From a virus: a stretch of 58,493 nucleotides of DNA. Below the pieces are notes generated by a model, which saw nothing but the letters and a program-made list of their open reading frames with translations, did not search any database and was not told the DNA's origin. The translations under genes were made by a program, and so were the position numbers. The stretch lies in IMG/VR virus record IMGVR_UViG_3300029479_000005; one strand, written 5' to 3'. Below are positions 45,091 through 55,763 of the stretch, piece by piece (position 1 is the first letter of the stretch; every line of letters begins with the position of its first letter).

Positions 45091-45258
45091 ATGGACAAAA
45101 CAATTATCGAACTACATATGACGGTAGATCGTTTAAAAAATATTGAAGAATGCTTGAACAAACAAATCGCATTTCGAAGAAAAGTAACAGTGGCAGTTTT
45201 GCTTGCAGGAACTTATGTAATTTATAAAAAGATAAGGAGTAAACAGAATAATGATTGA
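45091..45258 (+). CDS. small protein with a C-terminal TM (55 aa); overlaps the polymerase start
   Basis: Translated by hand; GGAGGTGA ribosome-binding site 6 nt upstream. Confidence 0.35.
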   Translation: MDKTIIELHMTVDRLKNIEECLNKQIAFRRKVTVAVLLAGTYVIYKKIRSKQNND

Positions 45259-48200
45259 CTTTATGATTGTTGCTACGAAGTGCAGCAAAAAAGGCGTGAT
45301 TGAAATATATCCAAAGTTCATCATTAAAAAGAGTTCCGATCTTATGATTCGAGGAGGCGATTTCTATGCTATTTGGATTGAAGAACGGGGACTATGGTCC
45401 ACGGACGAGCAAGATGCATTACAATTAATAGATAAGGAGCTAGATACATTTGCTAAAGAAAACAAAGACCGTTTTGAAGGAACTGTAAAGATATTGCATA
45501 TGTGGGACGCCGAGTCCGGTATGATAGACTCATGGCACAAGTATTGTCAAAAACAAATGAGAGACAATTTTCACATGCTTGACGAAAAACTTATATTTTC
45601 AAACAGTCCCACAAATAAAAAAGATTATGCAAGCAAACGACTTAATTATCCTCTGGAAAAAGGGGATATTTCAGCGTATGATAAATTAATGTCTACTTTA
45701 TATTCGGAAGAAGAACGCCATAAGATCGAATGGGCTATTGGTTCAATTGTGGCGGGAGATTCTAAACATATTCAAAAATTTATGGTTCTATATGGTGCGG
45801 CGGGTACGGGTAAATCAACAGTTTTAAATATTATACAACAATTATTTCAGGGTTACTATTCGGTATTTGATGCAAAAGCATTGGGATCGAGTAGTAACTC
45901 TTTTGCGTTAGAGGCATTTAAAACGAACCCCCTAGTTGCTATTCAACATGACGGTGATTTATCTAGAATTGAGGATAATACCAGATTAAACAGTTTGGTG
46001 TCGCATGAGCTCATGACCGTAAACGAAAAATTTAAATCAACATATTCAAATCAGTTCAAATGTTTCTTATTTATGGGTACGAATAAACCAGTTAAAATCA
46101 CAGATGCAAAGTCGGGGTTGATTCGAAGATTGATCGATGTTTCTCCATCTGGAAATAAATTGAATTCGAAAGAGTACAAAACAATAGTGAAACAAGTTGG
46201 GTTTGAATTAGGAGCTATTGCTGACTATTGTTTGAATTTATATTTAGACAATACAGGATATTATGACGATTACGTACCTATAAGTATGATGAGTGCATCT
46301 AATGACTTTTATAATTATATAATGGATTCATATTATGTATTCGCTAAAGAAAACGGCACAACATTGAAAGCGGCTTGGGAAATGTACAAGCAGTATTGTG
46401 ATGAGGCAAAAGTACCTTATCCGTTATCACAAAGAGCTTTTAAGGAAGAGCTAAAGAATTACTTTAAGGATTATAAAGAACGTCATACGTTAAGTGATGG
46501 CGTTCGTGTCAGGTCATATTATAGTGGTTTCAAAACTGAAAAAATCGATAATTTAACTGTTATTGATGCCGAGAAAAAAAATGACAGCTATTTAATTGTA
46601 TTTGATAAACAGGAATCTATATTTGATAAAGAATGTGCCGGTTGCGTTGCGCAATACGCAACCAGTAATGAAACTCCATATGAAAGTTGGGATAATGTCA
46701 CAACAAAATTGGAAGAACTCGATACATCGAAACTTCATTACGTTAAACTCCCAGTAAATCATATAGTTATAGATTTCGATATTAAAGACGAATACGGTAA
46801 AAAATCATTTGAGAAGAATCTAGAGGCGGCTAGTAAATGGCCGGCTACTTATGCCGAATTAAGTAAAAGCGGAGCAGGTATTCATCTTCATTATATTTAC
46901 ACAGGAGATCCAACACGCCTGAGTAGAATATATGACGAAGATATAGAAATTAAAGTTTTTATAGGAAAAAGTTCATTAAGACGTAAACTGTCTAGGTGTA
47001 ATGATTTACCTATTGCAACAATTAGCTCTGGATTACCATTGAAAGGAGAAAACAAAATGATAAATATAGAAGCTGTTAAAAGCGAAAAGGGACTTAGAAC
47101 ATTAATAAAGCGTAATCTTAATAAAGAAATCCATCCAGCAACAAAACCGAGTATTGATTTTATACATAAAATATTGGACGATGCTTATAATAGTGGTTTG
47201 AAATATGACGTTACCGATATGAGAAATGCTATACTAGCGTTTGCTGCTAATAGTACAAATCAATCGGATTACTGTATAAAGCTTGTAAGTAAAATGAATT
47301 TTAAATCAGAGGAACCATCTGTCGGAAAAAATAATGACGATGCAAAGCTTATTTTCTACGATGTAGAAGTCTTCCCTAATTTATTCTTAGTCAATTGGAA
47401 ATTTGAGGGTAAGGGTAAGCCTGTTGTACGGATGATTAATCCGTCACCGGCTGAGGTAGAAGAACTTATGAGATTCAGACTGGTTGGGTTTAACTGCCGA
47501 AGATATGATAACCATATACTCTACGCACGGCTAATGGGTTATACAAATGAACAGTTGTATAATTTATCACAGAAAATAATTAATGGCAGTCCCAATTGTT
47601 TCTTTGGAGAGGCATACAATGTATCATATACAGATGTTTATGATTTTTCAAGTAAAAAACAATCATTAAAGAAGTTTGAAATTGAATTGGGTATTCACCA
47701 TCAGGAACTCGGATTGCCTTGGGATCAACCGGTACCTAAAGAATTATGGGCAAAAGTTGCAGAATACTGTGATAACGATGTTATTGCAACGGAAGCTGTA
47801 TTTAATGCCAGAAAAGCAGATTTTATTGCCAGAGAGATATTAGCTGATGTGGCGGGCATGACTGTGAACGATACAACAAATTCTCTTACAACCAGAATTA
47901 TATTTGGTAAGAACAGAAAGCCGCAGGATCAATTTAATTATCGTGATATGGGACTCCCATCGAGTGATGATATTCTAATGGACGGTTTTGATGATTATAC
48001 CAGATTTGATAATCAGAATAGACCTATATTTCCAGGTTATGAATTTAAATTCGGAAAATCCATGTATAGAGGTGAAGAAATCGGTGAGGGAGGATATGTG
48101 TATTCCGAACCAGGTATGTATAGTAACATTGCGCTATTGGATATTGCTTCTATGCATCCGAGTAGCATTATAGCTGAACAGTTATTTGGCTGCGAATATA

Positions 48201-49234
48201 CAAAACGGTTTCAGGAAATAAGAGATGCTCGTGTTGCAATTAAGCACAATGATTTTGAGACTGCCAAAACAATGCTGGATGGAAAGTTAGCAAAGTATCT
48301 TACAGACGAGGGAGCTGCAGCAGATTTGGCACAAGCTTTGAAAATCGCTATTAATTCAGTTTACGGTTTAACAGCAGCAAAATTTGATAATCCATTTAAA
48401 GATAATCGAAATGTCGATAATATTGTCGCAAAACGTGGCGCTTTATTCATGGTTAACCTAAAACATGAAGTACAAGCAAGAGGATTCACAGTTGCTCATA
48501 TAAAAACCGATTCAATAAAAATTCCAAATGCAACGTCTGAAATTATTCAGTTTGTATCGGATTATGGTAAAATGTATGGTTATATATTTGAGCATGAGGC
48601 TACATACGACAGAATGTGTCTTGTAAATGATGCTGTTTATATCGCAAAGTATAAAGACGGAAAGCATGCCGGAGAATGGACTGCCACGGGAACACAGTTT
48701 CAAGTACCATATGTATTCAAAACGCTGTTTAGTAAAGAAGACATTGCTTTTGAGGATATGTGCGTAACAAATAGTGTGACTTCTAGTTTATATTTGGATA
48801 TGAATGAGAAATTGCCTCAATTAACAATTGAAGAGGAAAAAGAATTAGCAAAATTACATAAGGCTTTGGATTCTGAAGATTCTGAGAATATGGAAAAAGT
48901 GCTTAAGTCGTATAGGTATGATGCTGAATATGCCAGCGAAAGATATTCTGAACTTCGTAAAAAAGAGGAAGAATCGCATAACTATGTATTTATCGGAAAA
49001 GTCGGGCAATTTTGCCCTATAAAACAGGGATGTAATGGCGGACTTTTAATGAGAGAAAAAGACGGCAAATATTATGCCGCAGGAGGTAGTAAGGGATACA
49101 GATGGCTTGAAGCCGAGATGGTAAAGGAACTCGGAAAAGAAGCGGATATCGATCGCTCTTATTATGAAAATATGGTCAACGATGCCATTTGTGATATTTC
49201 ACAATATGGTGATTTTGAATGGTTTGTAAATTAA
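45251..49234 (+). CDS. fused SF3 helicase - archaeo-eukaryotic (AEP) primase - family-B DNA polymerase with a 3'-5' exonuclease (1327 aa)
   Basis: SF3 helicase: Walker [10 protein letters not shown] and motif C FMGTN. AEP primase: IDFDIKD and [11 protein letters not shown]. Exonuclease: ExoI FYDVEVF, ExoII FNCRRYD, Exo[11 protein letters not shown]. Polymerase B: motif [10 protein letters not shown], motif [10 protein letters not shown], motif C IKTDSI. Confidence 0.8.
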   Translation: MIDFMIVATKCSKKGVIEIYPKFIIKKSSDLMIRGGDFYAIWIEERGLWSTDEQDALQLIDKELDTFAKENKDRFEGTVKILHMWDAESGMIDSWHKYCQKQMRDNFHMLDEKLIFSNSPTNKKDYASKRLNYPLEKGDISAYDKLMSTLYSEEERHKIEWAIGSIVAGDSKHIQKFMVLYGAAGTGKSTVLNIIQQLFQGYYSVFDAKALGSSSNSFALEAFKTNPLVAIQHDGDLSRIEDNTRLNSLVSHELMTVNEKFKSTYSNQFKCFLFMGTNKPVKITDAKSGLIRRLIDVSPSGNKLNSKEYKTIVKQVGFELGAIADYCLNLYLDNTGYYDDYVPISMMSASNDFYNYIMDSYYVFAKENGTTLKAAWEMYKQYCDEAKVPYPLSQRAFKEELKNYFKDYKERHTLSDGVRVRSYYSGFKTEKIDNLTVIDAEKKNDSYLIVFDKQESIFDKECAGCVAQYATSNETPYESWDNVTTKLEELDTSKLHYVKLPVNHIVIDFDIKDEYGKKSFEKNLEAASKWPATYAELSKSGAGIHLHYIYTGDPTRLSRIYDEDIEIKVFIGKSSLRRKLSRCNDLPIATISSGLPLKGENKMINIEAVKSEKGLRTLIKRNLNKEIHPATKPSIDFIHKILDDAYNSGLKYDVTDMRNAILAFAANSTNQSDYCIKLVSKMNFKSEEPSVGKNNDDAKLIFYDVEVFPNLFLVNWKFEGKGKPVVRMINPSPAEVEELMRFRLVGFNCRRYDNHILYARLMGYTNEQLYNLSQKIINGSPNCFFGEAYNVSYTDVYDFSSKKQSLKKFEIELGIHHQELGLPWDQPVPKELWAKVAEYCDNDVIATEAVFNARKADFIAREILADVAGMTVNDTTNSLTTRIIFGKNRKPQDQFNYRDMGLPSSDDILMDGFDDYTRFDNQNRPIFPGYEFKFGKSMYRGEEIGEGGYVYSEPGMYSNIALLDIASMHPSSIIAEQLFGCEYTKRFQEIRDARVAIKHNDFETAKTMLDGKLAKYLTDEGAAADLAQALKIAINSVYGLTAAKFDNPFKDNRNVDNIVAKRGALFMVNLKHEVQARGFTVAHIKTDSIKIPNATSEIIQFVSDYGKMYGYIFEHEATYDRMCLVNDAVYIAKYKDGKHAGEWTATGTQFQVPYVFKTLFSKEDIAFEDMCVTNSVTSSLYLDMNEKLPQLTIEEEKELAKLHKALDSEDSENMEKVLKSYRYDAEYASERYSELRKKEEESHNYVFIGKVGQFCPIKQGCNGGLLMREKDGKYYAAGGSKGYRWLEAEMVKELGKEADIDRSYYENMVNDAICDISQYGDFEWFVN

Positions 49235-49260
49235 TAACAATGAAGAAAGAGGTAACAAAA

Positions 49261-49716
49261 ATGTCAAGAGTAGAAAATTTAGCTATAGAAAATGCAAGAA
49301 TTATATTTAGAAATTTCGCAGGAAACGAGAGTAAATACAACAGAGCCGGAGACAGAAATTTTTGTGTGATAATAGATGACGCGGATGAGGCTGAACAATT
49401 AGCCAGAGATGGTTGGAATGTAAAAATTCTTCCGGCTAGAGACGAAGATGAAGAATCAAAGCATTATATTCAGGTTTCGGTAAGCTTCCGAAATATTCCG
49501 CCCAAAATCATAATGATAACCAAAAGAGCACAGACACAACTTGATGAGGAAAGTATCGAGACACTTGATTTTGCAGATATAATCAACGTGGATCTTATTT
49601 TGAATCCTTATGAATGGGAAGCAAACGGTAAAAGCGGCATAAAGGCTTATCTGAAAACTATGTATGTAACTATTCAAGAAGATGAATTTGCGGAAAAGTA
49701 TGCATCTAAACAATAA
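49261..49716 (+). CDS. hypothetical replication-associated protein (151 aa)
   Basis: AGAAAGAGG ribosome-binding site. Confidence 0.45.
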   Translation: MSRVENLAIENARIIFRNFAGNESKYNRAGDRNFCVIIDDADEAEQLARDGWNVKILPARDEDEESKHYIQVSVSFRNIPPKIIMITKRAQTQLDEESIETLDFADIINVDLILNPYEWEANGKSGIKAYLKTMYVTIQEDEFAEKYASKQ

Positions 49717-49786
49717 AAAAGATATTCGCAAGGGGTGTCTATGCTAAAATAGGCACTCTTTGTTTTATTCGAAAGGAGTTATAATC

Positions 49787-50095
49787 ATGCTAACTATAAA
49801 AATTCCAATGTTGTCCAATTTTTCTTTAGGACAACTTGTATGTACTAATAGGATAAACGACAAAATAGAGCAAGATAACGAATTTAAAAAATTTGTAGAG
49901 GAATCTTTGGCTAGATATACCAGTAGTGACTGGGGTGATACATGTAATGTTGATGCGAAAATGAATAATGATGCTATACGAAATGGCGATAGAATTTTAG
50001 CTGTTTATACACAAAAAAATACAGATGTTACAATCTGGATTATAACAGAGTGGGACAGAAGTGTAACAACGATTCTATTTCCAAATGAGTATTAA
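49787..50095 (+). CDS. hypothetical protein (102 aa)
   Basis: AAAGGAG ribosome-binding site. Confidence 0.45.
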   Translation: MLTIKIPMLSNFSLGQLVCTNRINDKIEQDNEFKKFVEESLARYTSSDWGDTCNVDAKMNNDAIRNGDRILAVYTQKNTDVTIWIITEWDRSVTTILFPNEY

Positions 50096-50110
50096 ACACG
50101 GAGGATAAAA

Positions 50111-51334
50111 ATGTCAAAAATCGGATTACGGGATTATCAAAAAAATGCAATCGAAAGAATGCAAAATGGATGTATCTTGTGTGGTGGTGTGGGAAGTGGT
50201 AAATCTCGAACGGCACTCGGATATTATTATGTCCAAAATGGTGGAGATATTGATAGTGATGAATATGTGCCAATGGACGATAACAATGTAAAAGACTTAT
50301 ATGTTATCACTACGGCACGAAAAAGGGATAGTAAAGAATGGGAATCTGATATGATACCGTTTTTACTTTCTACAAATAAGGATGTAAATTTATACAGCAA
50401 TAAAGTTATAGTTGATTCATGGAACAACATAAAAAAATATGAGAATATCAAGAATGCGTTCTTTATATTTGATGAGCAAAGAGTTGTCGGAAGTGGCACT
50501 TGGGTAAAGGCTTTCCTAAAGATAACCAAAGATAACGAATGGATTCTATTGTCGGCGACGCCTGGCGATACTTGGCAAGATTATATTCCGGTATTCATAG
50601 CTAATGGTTTTTATAAAAATCGAACAGAATTTACTCGTGAACACATCGTATATAAACGATTCAGTAAATTTCCTCAAATAGACAGATACATTAATACAGG
50701 ACGCTTAATCCGGTTACGAAATAGAATTTTGATAAACATGGATTTTCGTAGGAAAACAGTATCGCATCATGAAGATATATATACCAAGTATGATATTTCG
50801 ACATACAAGGATACTATGCGTAATCGTTGGAACCCATATAAGGATAAACCGGTGGAAACCGCGAGCGAGCTATGTTATTTATTAAGGAGAATAGTTAATA
50901 GCGACGACTCACGTCAAGTAGCAGTTTGCGAGTTGTTTGAAAAACATCCGAAACTAATTATATTTTATAACTTTGATTATGAATTGGAAATATTAAAGGA
51001 AATTTCGTATGGCGACGATGTTGAAATCGCAGAATGGAACGGGCACAAACATCAGCCTATTCCAGAGAGCACCCGTTGGGTATATTTAGTACAGTATAAT
51101 GCAGGTTGCGAGGGGTGGAACTGTGTTAAAACCGATACTATTATATTTTATAGTCAAAATTATAGTTATAAGGTTATGGCTCAAGCTGCCGGACGAACAG
51201 ACAGATTAAATACACCGTTTTCTGATTTATATTATTATCATTTGAAATCAAGAAGCGGAATTGATTTAGCTATCAGCAAAGCATTGGATAGCAAGAAAAA
51301 GTTTAATGAATTGAGGTATGTTAAATGGAAATAG
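50111..51334 (+). CDS. SF2 (SNF2/DEAD-like) helicase
   Basis: Motif I GGVGSGKS, motif II FDEQ, motif III LSATPG, motif VI QAAGRTDR. Confidence 0.7.
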   Translation: MSKIGLRDYQKNAIERMQNGCILCGGVGSGKSRTALGYYYVQNGGDIDSDEYVPMDDNNVKDLYVITTARKRDSKEWESDMIPFLLSTNKDVNLYSNKVIVDSWNNIKKYENIKNAFFIFDEQRVVGSGTWVKAFLKITKDNEWILLSATPGDTWQDYIPVFIANGFYKNRTEFTREHIVYKRFSKFPQIDRYINTGRLIRLRNRILINMDFRRKTVSHHEDIYTKYDISTYKDTMRNRWNPYKDKPVETASELCYLLRRIVNSDDSRQVAVCELFEKHPKLIIFYNFDYELEILKEISYGDDVEIAEWNGHKHQPIPESTRWVYLVQYNAGCEGWNCVKTDTIIFYSQNYSYKVMAQAAGRTDRLNTPFSDLYYYHLKSRSGIDLAISKALDSKKKFNELRYVKWK

Positions 51335-51482
51335 ATTATCAAGAAGTATATTTCAATATGTATTGTAAAACGTGTGCTCATAAAAATAAGAACGAACGCG
51401 AAGATCCGTGTAACGAATGCTTAGAACAACCATATGTTCAAAATTCCCATATACCACAGAATTATAAAAAGGAGACGAAAAT

Positions 51483-51899
51483 ATGAATGAACACATTGTA
51501 GACTATATAGGTAAAGCGGCTTTATTAGAACAGACTGCAGAGGAAGCTTCTGAATTATCACAGGCATGTCTTAAAATGGCAAGAAAAATAAGAGGCGAAA
51601 ATCCAACCCCCAAAGACACCAATGATATTTTGGAGAATTTAAATGAAGAAATAGCGGATGTTAGTGCATGCTGTAACGAATTAGTAGATGGCGGAATCGC
51701 ATCGTACGACTCTATAGGTGGCATAACAATACGAAAGTATAAGCGATGGTACGAAAGGGTAAAAAACGAAGAAAATAATAGGATGAAACAGAAAGAATGC
51801 TTAGGGGATATTTGCAGTAATTGTGGTGGAAGGATAGATGTACATGACAAATATTGCAGACATTGCGGTAAAAATTGCAGAGAGGTGAGTCGTTTATGA
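51483..51899 (+). CDS. MazG-like nucleotide pyrophosphohydrolase with a C-terminal zinc ribbon
   Basis: EEASELSQA…LNEEIADV carries the EExxE…E..D pattern; followed by CSNCGG…CRHCG. Confidence 0.55.
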   Translation: MNEHIVDYIGKAALLEQTAEEASELSQACLKMARKIRGENPTPKDTNDILENLNEEIADVSACCNELVDGGIASYDSIGGITIRKYKRWYERVKNEENNRMKQKECLGDICSNCGGRIDVHDKYCRHCGKNCREVSRL

Positions 51900-52084
51900 G
51901 TGCGAAAAAAGAAAAAGTTCCGGTAACATTTTTCGATTATAAAAAATATGCTGTTAGAGCAGCAAAAGAATTATTTTATCCGCAAGAAACGGTTGAAAAA
52001 ATCAGACAGGCTAAAAACGATGATGAAATTACATCTATATTAACAAATGCACGAAAACATAATAAACGAAAGGGGAGTAAATAA
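51896..52084 (+). CDS. small basic protein (62 aa)
   Basis: AGAGGTGAG ribosome-binding site. Confidence 0.4.
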   Translation: MSAKKEKVPVTFFDYKKYAVRAAKELFYPQETVEKIRQAKNDDEITSILTNARKHNKRKGSK

Positions 52085-52086
52085 TT

Positions 52087-52764
52087 ATGAATATGGTAAA
52101 TTGGGCAGAAAATGAAGTGAAAATTGCTTGCGAAAAAGAGCATCCTGGTCTTAAAGAGGGAGAATTTGATTACGGTTGTGCATGCTATCAGAGTGCATTA
52201 AAGGCTTATAAAAGTTTAGCCGAAGATGGTCATAGTGGATATAGTTGGGGTGTAACTGCATCTATTCTAAAAAGATTGATGGACAATAAGCCATTAACTT
52301 CTATTGAGGATACGGATGATACTTGGTCTCGTGTTACATGTGGAAAAGATGATCGCACTGAGTATCAATGCAAAAGAAAAGCATCGTTGTTTAAGACTAT
52401 TTATGACGACGGTAGAATCGAATACCGTGATCGTGATCAATTTATTTGCGTTGATATTCATGATGGAAGTACATACATATTAGGTCTTATTAACAATGTT
52501 ATGCGAGAAAAATTTCCTATAACTTTCCCCTATATGCCTGGAAATGCTATCGAGGTATACTGCGAGGATTTTTTGACAGATCCTAAGAATGGTGCTTTTG
52601 ATACTGTCGGGATTATATATTGCAAGACTGATGATGGTAAAGAGGACATAAAAAGATATTTTAAAAAATCTTCTAACGATAGTGGTTGGGAAGAAATTAA
52701 TTTTGACGAGTATATGAAGAGAAAGGTAATGGCTGATAAGCTAAAGGAGAGCAAAGATGATTAA
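52087..52764 (+). CDS. hypothetical protein (225 aa)
   Basis: ORF only. Confidence 0.45.
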   Translation: MNMVNWAENEVKIACEKEHPGLKEGEFDYGCACYQSALKAYKSLAEDGHSGYSWGVTASILKRLMDNKPLTSIEDTDDTWSRVTCGKDDRTEYQCKRKASLFKTIYDDGRIEYRDRDQFICVDIHDGSTYILGLINNVMREKFPITFPYMPGNAIEVYCEDFLTDPKNGAFDTVGIIYCKTDDGKEDIKRYFKKSSNDSGWEEINFDEYMKRKVMADKLKESKDD

Positions 52765-53533
52765 ATTCGAAAATGTGGAAGTAATGGGTTGGGAGGCTGC
52801 CATAAGAGGTATGCGTAATCCAATGAACTCATGGAAGAAAAGTGATAGTTTCTTTTGCAAGAAAGGAGACTGTATAAACTGTGAAGTAAATGATGACTGC
52901 GGAGCTAAACAACTCGATTTTGATATTGGACCTAACGATTATGATCTTATGATTAAACTTCGCAATGCGGGTACAGACCATCGTAAATTCATGCGGATGA
53001 TTACAGTGTATGTTGATGTGACGGCTCCTTTATATTGGTGGAAAGAATTTGATACATATAAAGTAGGTACTGTCGCAAACTCTTGCTCGACGATGCATAA
53101 GATTGCGGATAAGGAGTTTGAACTCGACGATTTCAGCTGTGAGCATCTTTTGCAATCTTCTCCGACGCAACTCGAACTTTATTCGGCTTTAGCTTGCGCT
53201 CCCACTTGCGATGGAAAACCTCAATGGACACCAATGATGCATTTGTTAAGCACTATTGCGGGGTTAAATCATTATCGCGAAAAGTATCTCGAAACCAAAG
53301 ACAAAAAATATTGGTGGCAGATAATCCAGCTCTTGCCGAGCTCTTATAATCAGAGACGTACGGTTATGTTAAACTATGAAGTTTTGGCTAATATTTATAA
53401 GTCTCGTAAAAATCATAAGCTTGATGAGTGGTGTATATTCTGCGACTGGATTAAGAAGCTGCCATATTCGGAGATTATTACAGGAAAGAGTGAAATGAAC
53501 GATCAGGAGGAAGAAAATGAACAAAACAAATAG
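52757..53533 (+). CDS. ThyX-like (flavin-dependent thymidylate synthase fold) protein. It lacks the canonical RHR / S.RY phosphate-binding motifs and carries a Cys-rich insertion.
   Basis: FENVEVMGWEAAIRGMRNPMNS aligns with ThyX GFVELVDVMG…AARVS, and VTAPLYWWKEF aligns with VKAPIFVARQWF. DTY sits where RHR should be, STMH where SGRY should be. Insertion: CKKGDCINCEVNDDCG. Confidence 0.4.
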   Translation: MIKFENVEVMGWEAAIRGMRNPMNSWKKSDSFFCKKGDCINCEVNDDCGAKQLDFDIGPNDYDLMIKLRNAGTDHRKFMRMITVYVDVTAPLYWWKEFDTYKVGTVANSCSTMHKIADKEFELDDFSCEHLLQSSPTQLELYSALACAPTCDGKPQWTPMMHLLSTIAGLNHYREKYLETKDKKYWWQIIQLLPSSYNQRRTVMLNYEVLANIYKSRKNHKLDEWCIFCDWIKKLPYSEIITGKSEMNDQEEENEQNK

Positions 53534-53747
53534 AAAAAACATAGTAGATATTGTATATTCGCAAATTTCAAACGTTATAGAATTGAGAACGTATGGTGAT
53601 GATGGATTAAATCAACCATTATGTGCAGGTGATATCAGCAAAGTCCTAGAACGTCTTCCAGCAGACGCAAAAGTTATATTTGTAGACGATGTTGTGGGCG
53701 TTATTAATATCAGAGGAGGTGAAAAAGAATGTTTTTTGCAAAAGTAA
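53517..53747 (+). CDS. hypothetical protein (76 aa)
   Basis: ORF only. Confidence 0.4.
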   Translation: MNKTNRKNIVDIVYSQISNVIELRTYGDDGLNQPLCAGDISKVLERLPADAKVIFVDDVVGVINIRGGEKECFLQK

Positions 53748-53944
53748 TATTGTTAATAGTAACTATAAATCTATGTGTATACTTGTTGGTTGAAAGGATT
53801 ACAAATTGCATAGAAAAATGCGCGACCGTGAAAGCTTACGAAAAAATCATAGAAACCAATCTAACTTTAAAAAGTGGCAGTTTAAAAGATTTCGTTGATG
53901 AAAACGCTGACAAGGAGGCAACTAATGCTGAACAAAAAAGATAA
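53729..53944 (+). CDS. small membrane protein (71 aa)
   Basis: N-terminal TM at VILLIVTINLCVYLLV. Confidence 0.4.
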   Translation: MFFAKVILLIVTINLCVYLLVERITNCIEKCATVKAYEKIIETNLTLKSGSLKDFVDENADKEATNAEQKR

Positions 53945-54134
53945 AGACCTGAGGAAAAATGCATCGGGGTGCAATGATCCGACAGCGTATGAAGTTTTAA
54001 AAAATTTGGAGGGTGAAGAAGAACGCTTTCATAAATTGTTACATACAATCTTTTATATTTGCAAATTAGCGGATTTTGAGATTGAGGAAAGAATTGTTTT
54101 GATTGATAGGAGGACGGGAAAAACATGGAGATGA
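53925..54134 (+). CDS. hypothetical protein (69 aa)
   Basis: AAGGAGG ribosome-binding site 6 nt upstream of the ATG at 53925. Confidence 0.4.
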   Translation: MLNKKDKDLRKNASGCNDPTAYEVLKNLEGEEERFHKLLHTIFYICKLADFEIEERIVLIDRRTGKTWR

Positions 54135-54322
54135 TATATTTTGAAGTATATTTAAAAGATGGAACTACTTTTGATTTTAACTACAAATGTAACAAAATCG
54201 ATTATGGCGACGATGATTATATCGTTTGCATATGTAAAGAAAAGGATGAAGAACTTGTGTATAGAACACTGGCGATAATTCCTCGTGAAAATGTGAAATA
54301 CATATTAGCCAAAGGACTTTGA
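54125..54322 (+). CDS. hypothetical protein (65 aa)
   Basis: ORF only. Confidence 0.4.
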   Translation: MEMIYFEVYLKDGTTFDFNYKCNKIDYGDDDYIVCICKEKDEELVYRTLAIIPRENVKYILAKGL

Positions 54323-54329
54323 TCGACAT

Positions 54330-54360
54330 TCGCGAAAAATGCAATCACTCTTATGAAAGG
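54330..54360 (+). promoter_or_regulatory. promoter-like motif family member (TCGCGAAAAATGCAATCACTCTTATGAAAGG)
   Basis: Copy 10 of 11. Confidence 0.3.
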
Positions 54361-54371
54361 AGAGTGATATT

Positions 54372-54563
54372 ATGAGATATTTTTTAGCAGTAAATAACAA
54401 GCAACTCGGAATATGTCTGAGAATGCTATATGCTGAACGAATTCAAGGATTTGTTGAAACTGTTATGAACGGTAAAGGCAGAATCGAATTTCATATTGGT
54501 ATAGCAGTGGACGACGAGTTATTTGAAAAATTGAATAGGCGCTATAAAATATTAATATCATAG
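54372..54563 (+). CDS. hypothetical protein (63 aa)
   Basis: GAAAGGAGAG ribosome-binding site. Confidence 0.45.
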   Translation: MRYFLAVNNKQLGICLRMLYAERIQGFVETVMNGKGRIEFHIGIAVDDELFEKLNRRYKILIS

Positions 54564-54644
54564 CGGTTTCTTTCAAACGGTAAGAGGTCATAAACATGGC
54601 CTTTTACTTTTCATCCGATTATGATATACTGTATATAAAGAGGT

Positions 54645-54836
54645 GTGAATATAATGAAAGTAAAATCTAAAATGTCATGTCCTATTCGTAAAGAAGATGG
54701 AAGTTGGACTACGGTTATTAAAGAATTTGAAGAAGAGATTCCTGATAAAGGACGACACTCCTTGATTTGTAATAAATGTATTGAAGAATCGTATCCGGAA
54801 TGTCGAAAATGGTGTCCGATGGAAAAGAATAAATAA
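54645..54836 (+). CDS. Cys-rich small protein (63 aa; C-x…CNKC…C…C)
   Basis: AAGAGGTG ribosome-binding site. Confidence 0.45.
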   Translation: MNIMKVKSKMSCPIRKEDGSWTTVIKEFEEEIPDKGRHSLICNKCIEESYPECRKWCPMEKNK

Positions 54837-54839
54837 AAT

Positions 54840-55225
54840 TGCATCAGGAGAGAATGTGGTCATTTATATTTTTTAAAAGTGGGTTTAAGGTCACTTTTCT
54901 AGAAAAAGATATTTTTAGAATGATATTTTTATCTTTTTCAGAGATGAAATTGGTCATAAAAATGGTCAAATGCCCACTTTTAGCCCACTTTTTGAATATT
55001 AATGACCTGCTAAAAATGGCTTACCTATGCGGTTTTGACGGGTCTGCGGTCAAATGCCCACTTTTATTTCTATTTAATTGCGAATAAAAAAATATATAAA
55101 TATATATAACATATACAACGAAAACGGGTTTTTGACCATCTGATATATATATATATATATATCAGAACTCATTGATTTAACCGAATGAATGTGATACAAT
55201 AAAACGGATTAATATATTAAAAGAT
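54840..55225. other. putative origin of replication: GGTCA(T/A/C)(T/A)T iteron-like repeats, two 19-bp direct repeats, an AT-rich block and a 26-bp (AT)n palindrome
   Basis: GGTCA copies at about 54858, 54889, 54952, 54964 and 55048, and inverted at 55003 and 55133. GGTCAAATGCCCACTTTTA at 54964-54982 and 55048-55066. CTGATATATATATATATATATATCAG at 55140-55165. Confidence 0.45.
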
Positions 55226-55238
55226 GGAGGGATTGATC

Positions 55239-55589
55239 ATGACAAAACACGATAAAGAATATGAAAAACTTTATGAGCATTTACAACGTTCAGGATTCGA
55301 ATTCGGTTATAGCACCCGTATAGGTAAATCTAAAATTATATTTGAAGAAAGCATTAAAAACATTCCATCTTCAAAGAGAAATCACGATAACATTCCTTTA
55401 TTTGTGAAATGCAACAAATGTGATGAATATATGGATTTTCAACAAGGCAAAACAGATGTGCTCGATGGTAGATGGATATGTCCAGTGTGCGGAAACAATG
55501 TTCGAGAACGTACAGTATATAATCAAATTGAAAGAGAAAATTTCAATGATAACTATGAGTATGAAGAAATATATAACGAAAAGTTATAA
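55239..55589 (+). CDS. zinc-ribbon protein (116 aa; CNKC…CPVCG)
   Basis: GATGGAGGG ribosome-binding site. Confidence 0.5.
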   Translation: MTKHDKEYEKLYEHLQRSGFEFGYSTRIGKSKIIFEESIKNIPSSKRNHDNIPLFVKCNKCDEYMDFQQGKTDVLDGRWICPVCGNNVRERTVYNQIERENFNDNYEYEEIYNEKL

Positions 55590-55626
55590 TGACTTTTGTT
55601 AAATGATAATTTATATTTTTTATTGA

Positions 55627-55660
55627 GAGCTTGTGTTAACTACGCAGGCTCTTTCTTTTC
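55627..55660 (+). terminator. rho-independent terminator (AGAGCTTG…CAGGCTCT followed by a T-run)
   Basis: Hairpin read directly. Confidence 0.5.
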
Positions 55661-55661
55661 G

Positions 55662-55692
55662 TACGCGAAAAAAACATGCCCTTTTATGGAGA
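55662..55692 (+). promoter_or_regulatory. promoter-like motif family member (TACGCGAAAAAAACATGCCCTTTTATGGAGAG)
   Basis: Copy 11 of 11. Confidence 0.3.
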
Positions 55693-55763
55693 GAAGGAGA
55701 TATACGTAAAAAAATACGCATCATTTTCTTTTTATATTTTTTGCAGAAAGGAGAATTTAAATA

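Noticed and set aside
54839-55087. 82-aa + strand ORF
   Set aside because: It overlaps the iteron and direct-repeat array and its 'protein' repeats VKCPLL. More likely non-coding origin DNA.
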